A stretch of DNA of 64,000 nt. Origin: an uncultured delta proteobacterium (GTDB lineage Bacteria; Desulfobacterota; WTBG01; CAIYCZ01; CAIRTM01). Made by a program: the position numbers and the translations under genes. Positions 9,201 through 18,605 of this stretch are shown here, piece by piece. The notes beneath the pieces are model-generated. The model did not search any database. It worked only from the letters and a program-made list of their open reading frames with translations, and was not told the DNA's origin. How positions within the stretch are numbered: position 1 is the first letter of the stretch; the number at the start of each line of letters is the position of its first letter. The stretch is taken from positions 64,001-128,000 of the forward strand of contig CAWDSQ010000008.1 of NCBI GenBank assembly GCA_963804955.1. Reading direction: 5' to 3'.

Positions 9201-11537
9201 TCTTCCGCGGTAGCGTGAAGTAGAAGCACGCCCCCTTGCCGGGTCCCTCCGACTCAACCCAGATTGTGCCGCCATGCGCTTCAATGATACGCTTCACCAG
9301 AGCAAGGCCCAGGCCCGAGCCCTCCATGCCGGAATTGAGTTTTTCGAATAATCCGAAGAGCTTATCTGTGTGCCGCGGTTCGATGCCCATGCCATTGTCG
9401 CGCACAAAGCACATGCATATCGCCATTCTTTTTTTCTGCGCCGATCTCAATGAGCGGCGCCTTCTGCTCGCCCATGAACTTAACGGCATTGTCCAGCAGG
9501 TTCTGAAACACCTCCACCAGCCGCACCCGGTCGCCGAAGAGCAGAACGGGTTTTTCCGTTACCGTTACGCGCACGCCCCGCTCGTCGATTCTGCCTGCAA
9601 CCAGGGCAAGGGCCTCCTGCACGATGTCCTGCAGCGGCGCTTCAACAGAGGGGTTGGCCATGCGCCCGATGCGCGATAACTGAAGCAGCTCATCGAGCAA
9701 TGCAACCATTTTTTGAGAGGCCGTGTTGATATAGCCCAGATCCTGCGCCACCTGCTCCTGGTCGCCCTGGCCATATCCTCTGCGAGATGGCCCATAAAAG
9801 TTCTGATCGTCACCAGCGGGCTTCGCAGGTCATGGGATACCGAGTAGGTGAAGCGCTCCAGCTCGTCGTTTTTTGCCTGCAGAGCTTCTTCAGCCTGCTT
9901 GCGCTCGGTAATGTCGCGCATGATGTGAACAAATCCGGTTATTTTTCCGTCTGGCGCTTTGATCGGGTCAGCCACCACAAGAAAAAATTTTTCGCCAGCC
10001 GAAAACTCCAACATTTCGCGCACGCCGCTTGCCCGTGCTTTGACGATCGGGCAATCCGGGATAGGGTTTTCGGCGTGGTGAATAAGCTGGTGGCATTTTC
10101 CTCCCCAGCACAGCCGGGTAATCAAGACCAAAGAAATCAACAAAAGCGCGATTGCACTGCTCGACAGTACCATCAATGCTTAAAAGCGCTACGGGATCAA
10201 GAATGGCGTCGAAGGTGGCGCGCCATTTCTCGCTGGCCTGCCGGAGGCGATTCCTCCATTTTTTTGCGCTCGGTGATATCGCGGGCAGTTGAAATTGCCC
10301 CTGTCCGACGTTTCCCCCGGCGTCCTTGAGTACATGGCACCACCAGGCAAGCAATCGCTTCTGCCCGTCGCGGCGGCGCTGCCAGCTTTCAACATAAACC
10401 GTTTCTTCATTTCCTTGAAAAATATCCGGACCCTGTCATAGGTTGCCTGTTTGCCTTCAAAATAGAAGGCTGCCTCCTGCCGACCACATTATCGCCGAAG
10501 AACTCAATGCCAGCCTTGTTGGCCCAGGCATAGACCTTATTGGCGTCAACTTCCATGATGACATCCGTTATAGCGGCAAGCAGGGCCTCCTGCCGGTTGG
10601 CAAAGGCTTTTAGCTGCTGTTCAGCCTGCCTGCTTCGGGTGATATCGTGCAGGGTGACATATACCTGAAAGGGCGAGTTTTCACCGGGCCGGAACTGGGG
10701 AATAGCATTGACTATCGTCCATGTATACTCTTTGGTGCAGGGGTTCAGGATTCCGACCGTCATGTCCTTAACCGGCAGTCCTGTTCGTAAAGCAGCCATT
10801 GAAGGATGCTCATCGCCGGGCAGCAGGCCGCCGTCGTCCCGTATAACGCTCCAGGCGGGGGTGAGGGAGGTCCGTTCCAGAAACTCCTGCCGCGTCAGCC
10901 CGAAAATCTGCAGGGCCGCCGGGTTCACGTCTGTGAGACGGCCGTCGGCAGCCTGGTAAAAAGCGCCCTGCGACATGCCTTCAAACAGGGTCCGGTATTT
11001 TTCTTCGCTCCACCACAGGGTTTCCTCATCCCGCTTACGCTGGATGATTTCCTGCTCCAGCGCCAGCATTTTGTGCTCCAGCTTTCGAATAAGGGTCTCG
11101 TTGTACATCCGGTAATAGACTGTTTCATCATCAATACGGCATGGGGGCGAAGGGATATGGCCGGCCTGGTCAGCCTCCATAACCTGCCGCACAGAGTCTA
11201 AGAAAACCTCCGGTTCCATCGGCTTGACGATAAAACGGGCAGCTCCCAGACGTAAGGCCAGTTCTTCGTCCCTGGGGTCGGTATAGGTGGCTGTGTAAAT
11301 AATCAGGGGTATGTTTTGCAACAGGCTGTCGTGTTTCCATTCCCGCAGCAGGGCAAAACCATCCATCGTCGGCATCAGAATATCGGAAATTGCAATATCC
11401 GGAGGGTTGCTCCGGGCCAGCTCAAGTGCTTCGGCACCGTTTCTGGCGCTGATGACCTCAAAGCCATCGCCTTCAAGAATGGACCGGAGCAGATATATAT
11501 TCTGCTCGAGATCATCAACGATGAGGGCTTTTTTCAT
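9187..11537 (-). CDS. Hybrid kinase REC-PAS(x3)-HisKA-HATPase, several frameshifts
   Basis: ORFs 10407-11702, 9968-10354, 9565-10176, 9362-9751 and 9187-9489 join into MKKALIVDD...SVSHDLRSP...NLLDNAVKF...GSGLGL...LPRKSSES. Confidence 0.8.
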
Positions 11538-11619
11538 GATGCACCTTCTCGCATTTTTAAAGTTCAAGGTTAAAAGTTTAATCCGCCGCGGCGGAGCATA
11601 CGCCCCTTCCGCTTCCGTC

Positions 11620-11915
11620 TTCCCTCCCCTGGTGGGAGGGACCGAGGGAGGGGGCCTATAATCTTCAATGCTTTTGTCTTTCTTCCTGTATCTGAATACC
11701 ATTCTCCATCTTGAATTGATTTTAGGATTTTAATCCCCCTCCCTTTCATTCCCTCCCACCAGAGACTGTGTCGCAATTAACTTTGCTGTCATCTCGACCG
11801 AAGGGAGAGATCTTTGTAGTAAGTAAAATCAAGGGCTTAAGATTTCTCACCGCCTGCGGCGGATTCGAAATGACATTAATAAATCAATTGTGACACAGCC
11901 TCCCAAGGGGAGGGA
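11620..11915. repeat. Gene-less pair of DUF559-type palindromes; the right copy is interrupted by a MITE
   Basis: Same palindromes as 2302/2677; spacer similar to 18328-18400. Confidence 0.85.
11762..11902. mobile_element. MITE with 17-bp terminal inverted repeats containing an internal TGTCAT...ATGACA palindrome
   Basis: GAGACTGTGTCGCAATT ... AATTGTGACACAGCCTC (15/17 match); CCA on both flanks. Confidence 0.75.
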
Positions 11916-11924
11916 AAAATACAT

Positions 11925-12125
11925 CATGAATCTTGAATCTCTTCACTACCAACTCCGAACTGCCTTTTCGTCTTCACTCCGAACTCCCAACTCAAGGGCG
12001 GGAGAACCCCGCCCCTACGTTTTTAACCTTGAACCTTAAACGTTTTTTTCAACCTTGAACCTTGAACTGTTGAACCTTGAACTTCATTTTTCAACCTTTA
12101 ACTTTTTTCTTAACCATGAACCTCT
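11925..12125. repeat. TTGAATC, CCGAACT, REP (11995-12018) and TTGAACC arrays
   Basis: Direct reading; homologous to 16690-16885. Confidence 0.9.
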
Positions 12126-12151
12126 TTGCTCCCAACCCTTTTTCCCGTCAG

Positions 12152-12519
12152 TTACAAATACTGTGCAACTTCTGAAACAAATGTTTCGGGATTGATGGGC
12201 TTTTCAATGTATCCGGTGCATCCGGCCTTTAAAACCCGCTCGCGGTCTCCGACCATGGCATATGACGTCACGGCCACAATAGGCACTTCGGCCAATGCCG
12301 GATTTTTTCTCAATGCTTCAGCGACAGCATAGCCGTCCATGCCGGGAAGATGGATATCTAAAAGAATGAGCGCAGGGTTAACCTGGCCTGCCAGCGCAAT
12401 GCCGGTCTCCCCATCCCGCGCAGGCAACAAACTCCGGTAGCCGTCTTTTTCTCAAGGATAAACTGTTGGCAAGATAGCAGATTCTGTTCATTGTCCTCAA
12501 TGATAAGAATTGTTTTCAT
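12152..12519 (-). CDS. Single-domain response regulator (DivK-like), frameshifted
   Basis: MKTILIIEDNEQN at 12519, LILLDIHLPGMDG, AVTSYAM, GYIEKP. Confidence 0.8.
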
Positions 12520-14560
12520 GCGCTGCCCCTACGTTTTTAACTTTGAACTTTTGAACCTTGAACTTCTTTACTCCGTAACTCAAGCCCCCAGACCCTGACA
12601 CCTGTTCAATGGGCAGCGTAAATATAAATGTGCTGCCAACGCCCGGCTCGCTTTCAACTCTGATGCTTCCCCCCAGCATCTCCACCAGTTTTTTGCAAAT
12701 CGATAGCCCGAGCCCGGTTCCTTCATGGCTGCGGGTCAGGCCGGTATCGATCTGCCGGAAAGGTTTGAAAAGTTTGTCCATGTCCTGTTGCCCGATGCCG
12801 ATGCCGGTATCGCGGATGCGCGTTTCCAGCCGGCCTTCATTGATCCTGCAATCAATATGCACCTCTCCGTGTTCGGTGAACTTAACAGCATTACTGACAA
12901 GATTGATCAAAATCTGCTTCACCCGGCGGTTGTCGCTCTCTACGATGCCCACCGTCGATGCGATGGCGGCGGAAAGAGACAGCCCTTTTTTTGCCGCCTG
13001 TGGCATAACGGTTTGCAGAACATCCTCGACTGCCAGACGCAGGTCAAAAGGTTGTTTGACGATCTCCAGCTGTCCGGCCTCAATTTTTGAAATATCCAGC
13101 ACATCATTGATCAACGCCAGCAAATGGCGTGCGCTGTCCCGGATCATGGTGAGCTGTTTGGTTTGCTCCTCATTGAGCGGGCCGGCCAGAAGCTGAAGAA
13201 GAATGCCTGTAAATCCAATGATCGAGTTGAGCGGTGTGCGCAGTTCATGAGACATGGTGGCGAGAAACGCCGATTTGAGGTGGTCTGCGTCCTGTGCCCG
13301 TTCCATGGCGACTTTGAGTTCTTCCGTGCGCCTTGCCACGCTTTGTTCCAGTTCGGCGGCATGCTGCTTAATTGTTTCGTGCAAGCGGGTATTCTGTAGA
13401 CCCGCGGTCACCTGGTCGGCAAGGGCCTCCAGAAATATGGCTTGCTGTTCAAAATCGCGCTGCTCGATTGAGGCCAGACCGAGTGCGCCGATGACCTCAT
13501 CTCCGCTGTGCAGGGGCAGGGCTGCAAAGGAACGCACCATTGCGTTCCTGTCTGTTTCACCGGCGCAGCGGGCATCTGTAGGAATGTCGCGAAAGTACAG
13601 GGCGCGGCCTGATTGTACTGCCAGGCCGCACAAGCGCCTGCCCACAGGAAGGCCGGGTACGCAAGTATGATTGATGTGGCTATCTTGAGGGGCTTCGGCC
13701 TGAAGCCTTAAATCGCCTCCTTCGCGCACAAACAGAAACGCTTGATCCGGTGATACTGCCGTAAGCGTTTCCTCCAGCGCAGCCTGCGTGACCAGGGACA
13801 GTTCCAGGCTGGCGTTTACTTTACTACTCAGGGCATTGAGGGCTGCCAGTTGTTGAGTTCTTTGATTGAGCGTTTTCTCGGCCAGCTTGCGCTCGGTGAT
13901 ATCGTGCAGGGTGACATATACCTGAAAGGGCGAGCTTTCACCGGGCCGGAACTGGGGAATAGCATTGACTATCGCCCATGTATACTCTTTGGTGCTGGGG
14001 TTCAGGATTCCGACCGTCATGTCCTTAACCGGCAGTCCTGTGCCTAAAGCAGCCATTGAAGGATGCTCATCACCGGGCAGCAGGCCGCCGTCTTCCCGTA
14101 TGACGCTCCAGGCGGTGGGGAAGGAGGCCCGTTCCAGAAACTCCTGCCGCGTCAGCCCGAACATCCGCAGGGCCGCCGGGTTCACGTCTGTGAAACGGCC
14201 GTCGGCAGCCTGGTAAAAAGCGCCCTGCGACATGCCTTCAAATAATGTCCGGTATTTTTCTTCATTCCGGCGCAGTTCCAGACTGCTGTCTCGAAAATCT
14301 TTAAACATCCGGGTCATAAAAAGGATTGCCAGAAAAAAAAGCAGGGAAATGAGCAGCGTAAGTATCTCTGGAGCGGCAAGCTCTTTGCCGGTGGAAAGAG
14401 ATTCTCCCAGCGTGCCGGTGCGGCGCCCAACGATCAGCAGCGCTGAAATCACGAGAAGCACCCACGGCAGCCTGCGGGGTGCATAACGAATTTGTGCCAA
14501 TGCGATAACAGCCGCCGTGGCCTGCAGCAGGATGCCTAAGATGTAAACAGTTGCGTTCAT
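12497..14560 (-). CDS. Membrane sensor kinase TM-PAS-GAF-HisKA-HATPase
   Basis: Three hydrophobic segments, PAS, GAF (SFAALPL..IGAL), FLATMSHELRTP, NLVSNAVKF, GTGLGL. Confidence 0.92.
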   Translation of the reverse strand: MNATVYILGILLQATAAVIALAQIRYAPRRLPWVLLVISALLIVGRRTGTLGESLSTGKELAAPEILTLLISLLFFLAILFMTRMFKDFRDSSLELRRNEEKYRTLFEGMSQGAFYQAADGRFTDVNPAALRMFGLTRQEFLERASFPTAWSVIREDGGLLPGDEHPSMAALGTGLPVKDMTVGILNPSTKEYTWAIVNAIPQFRPGESSPFQVYVTLHDITERKLAEKTLNQRTQQLAALNALSSKVNASLELSLVTQAALEETLTAVSPDQAFLFVREGGDLRLQAEAPQDSHINHTCVPGLPVGRRLCGLAVQSGRALYFRDIPTDARCAGETDRNAMVRSFAALPLHSGDEVIGALGLASIEQRDFEQQAIFLEALADQVTAGLQNTRLHETIKQHAAELEQSVARRTEELKVAMERAQDADHLKSAFLATMSHELRTPLNSIIGFTGILLQLLAGPLNEEQTKQLTMIRDSARHLLALINDVLDISKIEAGQLEIVKQPFDLRLAVEDVLQTVMPQAAKKGLSLSAAIASTVGIVESDNRRVKQILINLVSNAVKFTEHGEVHIDCRINEGRLETRIRDTGIGIGQQDMDKLFKPFRQIDTGLTRSHEGTGLGLSICKKLVEMLGGSIRVESEPGVGSTFIFTLPIEQVSGSGGLSYGVKKFKVQKFKVKNVGAAHENNSYH

Positions 14561-14615
14561 GGTGCTCACCTTCAAGGTTCAAGAAAAATCAATTCATGAT
14601 TTCTGATTCATGATT

Positions 14616-14684
14616 GATGCCGCCGTAAAAAGTCCCAGCGGTTGTCATGCAATGACAGTTTTTTTAACTTTTTACGACTTCATC
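14616..14684. mobile_element. 69-bp MITE with 18-bp imperfect terminal inverted repeats and a 6-bp target duplication
   Basis: GATGCCGCCGTAAAAAGT ... ACTTTTTACGACTTCATC flanked by ATGATT at 14610-14615 and 14685-14690. Confidence 0.8.
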
Positions 14685-14879
14685 ATGATTGAAAATAAAA
14701 ATAACTGATTTAGAACGTGGAATAGTTTAGCCTCTCTCAATTTTGAATTTTGAATCCGGAATTTTGAATCTTGAATTTTTTCTCCCTACTCCGAACTCAT
14801 GCCTCCGAACTATGGGATGCGGGCACCGCGCCCCTACTTCCCCTTGACATTTGCCGGTCATCTATCATATATAATAACC

Positions 14880-15131
14880 ATGCAGCTAAACATCGAAATC
14901 AAGACATCTCTGAAGCGTGAATACAGCTTGTGCACTCATGCTGTCGCCTTTTATAAAAAATCGCTGAGTGAATTTGAGCAAAAATATCATCTTACCACCT
15001 CGGCGTTTTTGAAGAAATTTGAGGCAGGCCGCATGGGTGATGAATCCGATTTCTTCGACTGGTACGCCTTCGCGAAGCTTCTCACCCGTTGGCAAAAAAC
15101 ACGCTCAACCATCCAGTCGACAGTACGATGA
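14880..15131 (+). CDS. Small protein, putative antitoxin
   Basis: 83 aa, FEQKYHLTTSAF..KFEAG.MGD..DFFDW; ATGA overlap with the next gene. Confidence 0.65.
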   Translation: MQLNIEIKTSLKREYSLCTHAVAFYKKSLSEFEQKYHLTTSAFLKKFEAGRMGDESDFFDWYAFAKLLTRWQKTRSTIQSTVR

Positions 15132-15505
15132 TACAAAGATTTGTTGCGCGTTTCGAACAAAGTATCACCTCACATCCCGTTGCTTTATCCTCAGACATCA
15201 AAAAATATTTCAGCCCGCATGATGATGCTGTATATATTCGTGGCGTCGTGCTTTTTACCGATGCTTCATCCCTTGAACTTTCACTTTTCATTCAAAAAAC
15301 AGGCCGTACGCTTTCTGTCGACAAGTACAGGTTCCATTATATGGATCGCCAGAACCGCATGATTTTCCGCTATGATAATGCCCCGCATCATCCCGATCTG
15401 ACCTCTTTTCCCCATCATAAGCACATAAGCAACCGTACAATTGCGGCCTCTTTTAAAGAACTGCCTGACATTCTTGAAGAAATCAGCGCAATTATTTTGC
15501 AATAA
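15128..15505 (+). CDS. DUF6516 / TumE-like toxin family protein
   Basis: KYRFHY...IFRYDNAPHH..L.SFPHHKH signature. Confidence 0.7.
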   Translation: MIQRFVARFEQSITSHPVALSSDIKKYFSPHDDAVYIRGVVLFTDASSLELSLFIQKTGRTLSVDKYRFHYMDRQNRMIFRYDNAPHHPDLTSFPHHKHISNRTIAASFKELPDILEEISAIILQ

Positions 15506-15509
15506 GACA

Positions 15510-15710
15510 GGTTCAAGTTTTAAAAGTTCAAGGTTTTGTTTTTATTTTTTCAATATTGAACATTGAACCTTCCAACTTTGAACATCTTTTCTGTTTTCAA
15601 CATTGAACCTTAAACGTTTTTTTTAACCTTGAACCTTTGAACTTTGAACCTCTTTTTTGAACCTTGAACGTTTTTGCTTCGAACACCGAACTCATAACTC
15701 CGAACTATAG
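15510..15710. repeat. Inverted GGTTCAA/TTGAACC arrays plus CCGAACT units
   Basis: 15525-15610 is near-identical to 20705-20795. Confidence 0.9.
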
Positions 15711-15737
15711 GCCGTTCAGCCAGACGCCACTACGACC

Positions 15738-16646
15738 TTACTCCTTTCCCGCCAGACAAACGCGGTTGCGCCCCCTGTCTTTCGCTTCATACAGGGCGGC
15801 ATCAGCTTCTGCCAGCAGCTCATTCTCTGTCATATTTCCATGCCACACCGCCACACCGATACTGAGAGTGATCCACAGATTCCCCTGCCTGGTGGGTATC
15901 GGATTGCCGGCAATTGCAGTTCGCAAACGCTCATAGACGAGGCTCACAGCCTGTCCTTTGATGTTTGTTGCTATCACCGCAAACTCTTCTCCGCCGAGGC
16001 GGCCCAGATAGTCGTACTGCCGCAGGCTGCCTTCCAGAAGGCGAACAAGTCCGCACAGCACCTCATCGCCCACCTGATGTCCATATGCATCATTCACCTG
16101 TTTGAAATGATCAACGTCGCACATGCCCACGGTCAAGCCGCTGCTTATCCGCCTTTCTCTGGCAAGCTCACGGGTCAGAGCCTCCAGAATGGCCCTCCGG
16201 TTGAGAACGCCCGTGAGCGAGTCGTGCGCGGCCTGGTGAGCAAGCGCATTTCGTGCATCCAGCAGCTTGTTCTGCATTTCAATCAGGCGCCGCCCCGCGT
16301 TTATTCTGGCCCTCAGTTCGCCGGCGTCAAAGGGTTTAGCAAGATAGTCGACAGCGCCGGCCTCAAGACCGGTAATTATGTCGGCCTTTTCTCCTTTTGA
16401 TGTCAACATGATGATGTGCGGCGGCTGGTCCGTTTCCACCTGCCGGATGCGGCGGCACAACTCCATGCCATCGAGTTCAGGCATCATCCAGTCGAGAATA
16501 ACTATCCGGGGTGCGTCATGCTGCTGCATGGCCTGCCAGGCTTCAGCACCGTTTGCCGCAGTCACCACCTCATAGCCGCACTTTTCCAGAAGTGCTGTGA
16601 GAACGGTACGAGACAGGGGGTCATCATCAGCAATTAAAATTCTCAT
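15738..16646 (-). CDS. REC-GGDEF diguanylate cyclase
   Basis: Receiver, DVDHFKQVND.YGH, I-site RQYD, GGEEF. Confidence 0.93.
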   Translation of the reverse strand: MRILIADDDPLSRTVLTALLEKCGYEVVTAANGAEAWQAMQQHDAPRIVILDWMMPELDGMELCRRIRQVETDQPPHIIMLTSKGEKADIITGLEAGAVDYLAKPFDAGELRARINAGRRLIEMQNKLLDARNALAHQAAHDSLTGVLNRRAILEALTRELARERRISSGLTVGMCDVDHFKQVNDAYGHQVGDEVLCGLVRLLEGSLRQYDYLGRLGGEEFAVIATNIKGQAVSLVYERLRTAIAGNPIPTRQGNLWITLSIGVAVWHGNMTENELLAEADAALYEAKDRGRNRVCLAGKE

Positions 16647-16679
16647 TGCAAAGGCCTGTTAATTATTTTTGCTTTTTAA

Positions 16680-16925
16680 ACCTCGAACTTCTTCACTACC
16701 AACTCCGAACTCATGACTCACAACTTTAGGGCACGGGCACCGTGCTACGCTCCCAACTCCGAACTGTCTTTACGTCTTCGCTCCGAACTCCGAACTCAGG
16801 GGCGGGACGACCCCGCCCCTACGTTTTAACCTTGAACCTTGAACTGTTGAACCTTGAACTTCATTTTTCAACCTTGAACCTTGAACGTTTTTTACTCCCC
16901 ACTCCGAACTCATGACTCCGAACTC
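16680..16925. repeat. CCGAACT and TTGAACC arrays with two REP-like hairpins
   Basis: Direct reading; REPs at ~16728-16748 and 16799-16822. Confidence 0.9.
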
Positions 16926-18190
16926 TTCCGCGGTAGCGTGAAGTAGAAGCACGCCCCTTTGCCGAGGCCCTCCGACTCAACCCAAATCCTGCCGCCATGA
17001 ACTTCCACTATGCGCTTCACCAGGGCAAGGCCCAGGCCCGTGCCCGATGAATCAGGATCGAGTTTTTCGAATATGCCGAACAGTTTATGCTTGTGCCGCG
17101 GATCAATGCCCATGCCGTTATCGCGCACATAGCACACGATTTCACCCGACTTCATTTCCGCGCCGATTTCAATTAGCGGCTTGGTTTGCTCTCCCATGAA
17201 CTTAGCGGCATTATCAATAAGATTTTGGAAAATCTCCACAATTCGAACACGGTCGCCGTACAGCAAAACGGGTTTTTCCGTTATCGTTACCTGCGCGCCC
17301 CGTTTGTCAATGCGTCCTGCGGTCAGGCTAAGCGCCTCCTGCACAATTTCCTGCAGGGGCGCTTCAACGGACGGCGTTATGACGCGCCCGATCTGCGAGA
17401 ATTTCAGAAGTTCATCAAGCAGCGCATCCATTTTCTCCGCCGCAGAATTTATATAGGCAAAATCCTGAACCATACGGCCCGTGTCATTATCAGCCAGGTC
17501 CTCCACAAAATGCCCCAGGAAAGTTCTGATGGTCACCAGGGGGGTTTTCAGGTCATGGGCGACGGAACGGGCGAAGCGCTCCAGGTCGGCATTTTTTTCG
17601 TTCAGTGCGGCCCTGGCCTGACTGTGCTCGGTTATGTCGCTCAGTACGGCACGGCATACGGGTGTGCCGGTTTTTGTATCCTGTGCCACGTTCGCCTCTA
17701 TGCGTGCATGGAAGGGTGCGCCGCCTTGTTTGAGCATCCGTATATCAAATGCCTGGTTCTCCTGCGTTTCAAAAAGTTTTTTGAAGCACAGATAGTAGAG
17801 GTCGACATCCTCGGTAAGCATATAGCGCGACAGGGGGTGCCTGAGCAGTTTGCTTCTGTCAACGCCGAGCAGCGAACATGCCGTGAGATTGGCCTCAAGG
17901 ATCAGGCCTTTTTCACTGAGGGTGAAATACCCTACCGGGGCCAAATCATACAAATCAAAGTACCGCAGCAAGGTGTTTTTCAGCTCCTCCTGAACCCGCC
18001 GCAGCTCATCGTTTTGCATCTCAAGTTCGATCTGGTGCACCTCAAGCTCATGGTTGAGGTGCTGTGCTTCCTCGGGCATGACAGGCCCTTGGTCGATGTG
18101 CTGCCTGCGCAGGGCATCTTCGGCCTTTTGTCGCAGAGCAGCGGCCTGCGAAGTCGGGGTTTCAGTGGGCTTATTTTTCTTTTTCGCCAT
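16910..18190 (-). CDS. Cytoplasmic PAS histidine kinase
   Basis: HELEVHQIELEMQN coil, PAS, SVAHDLKTP, NLIDNAAKF, GTGLGL. Confidence 0.92.
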   Translation of the reverse strand: MAKKKNKPTETPTSQAAALRQKAEDALRRQHIDQGPVMPEEAQHLNHELEVHQIELEMQNDELRRVQEELKNTLLRYFDLYDLAPVGYFTLSEKGLILEANLTACSLLGVDRSKLLRHPLSRYMLTEDVDLYYLCFKKLFETQENQAFDIRMLKQGGAPFHARIEANVAQDTKTGTPVCRAVLSDITEHSQARAALNEKNADLERFARSVAHDLKTPLVTIRTFLGHFVEDLADNDTGRMVQDFAYINSAAEKMDALLDELLKFSQIGRVITPSVEAPLQEIVQEALSLTAGRIDKRGAQVTITEKPVLLYGDRVRIVEIFQNLIDNAAKFMGEQTKPLIEIGAEMKSGEIVCYVRDNGMGIDPRHKHKLFGIFEKLDPDSSGTGLGLALVKRIVEVHGGRIWVESEGLGKGACFYFTLPRKSSES

Positions 18191-18202
18191 GGGTCATGCC
18201 TT

Positions 18203-18605
18203 TAAGTTCCAGGGTTCAAAAAAAAAGATGTTCAAGGTTCAAAAAGTATTCTTAAATTTTGAATCCGTTTACTCCGAAATTTTTTCCGTCTTCCCTCCCC
18301 TTGTGGGAGGGACCGAGGGAGGGGGCCAATAATCTTCAATGCTTTTGTCTTTCTTCTTGTCTCATGAAGCAGCAATCCTGAATTGATTTTAAGATTTAAA
18401 TCCCCCTCCCTGTATCTTTCCAACCAGGGGAGAAAAAAATACATTTTGAATCTAGAATCCGGAATCCTGAATCTCTTCACTCCGAACACCCAACTCCGAA
18501 CCCAGGGCAGGTTTGAAACCTGCCCCAACACTCCGAACTCACAACTTTAGGGCACGGGAACCGTGCCCCTACGCTCCGAACTCCGAACTCATGACTCCGA
18601 ACTCT
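18203..18605. repeat. Composite repeat: GGTTCAA units, DUF559-type palindrome pair, TTGAATC, CCGAACT and two REPs
   Basis: Direct reading. Confidence 0.9.
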
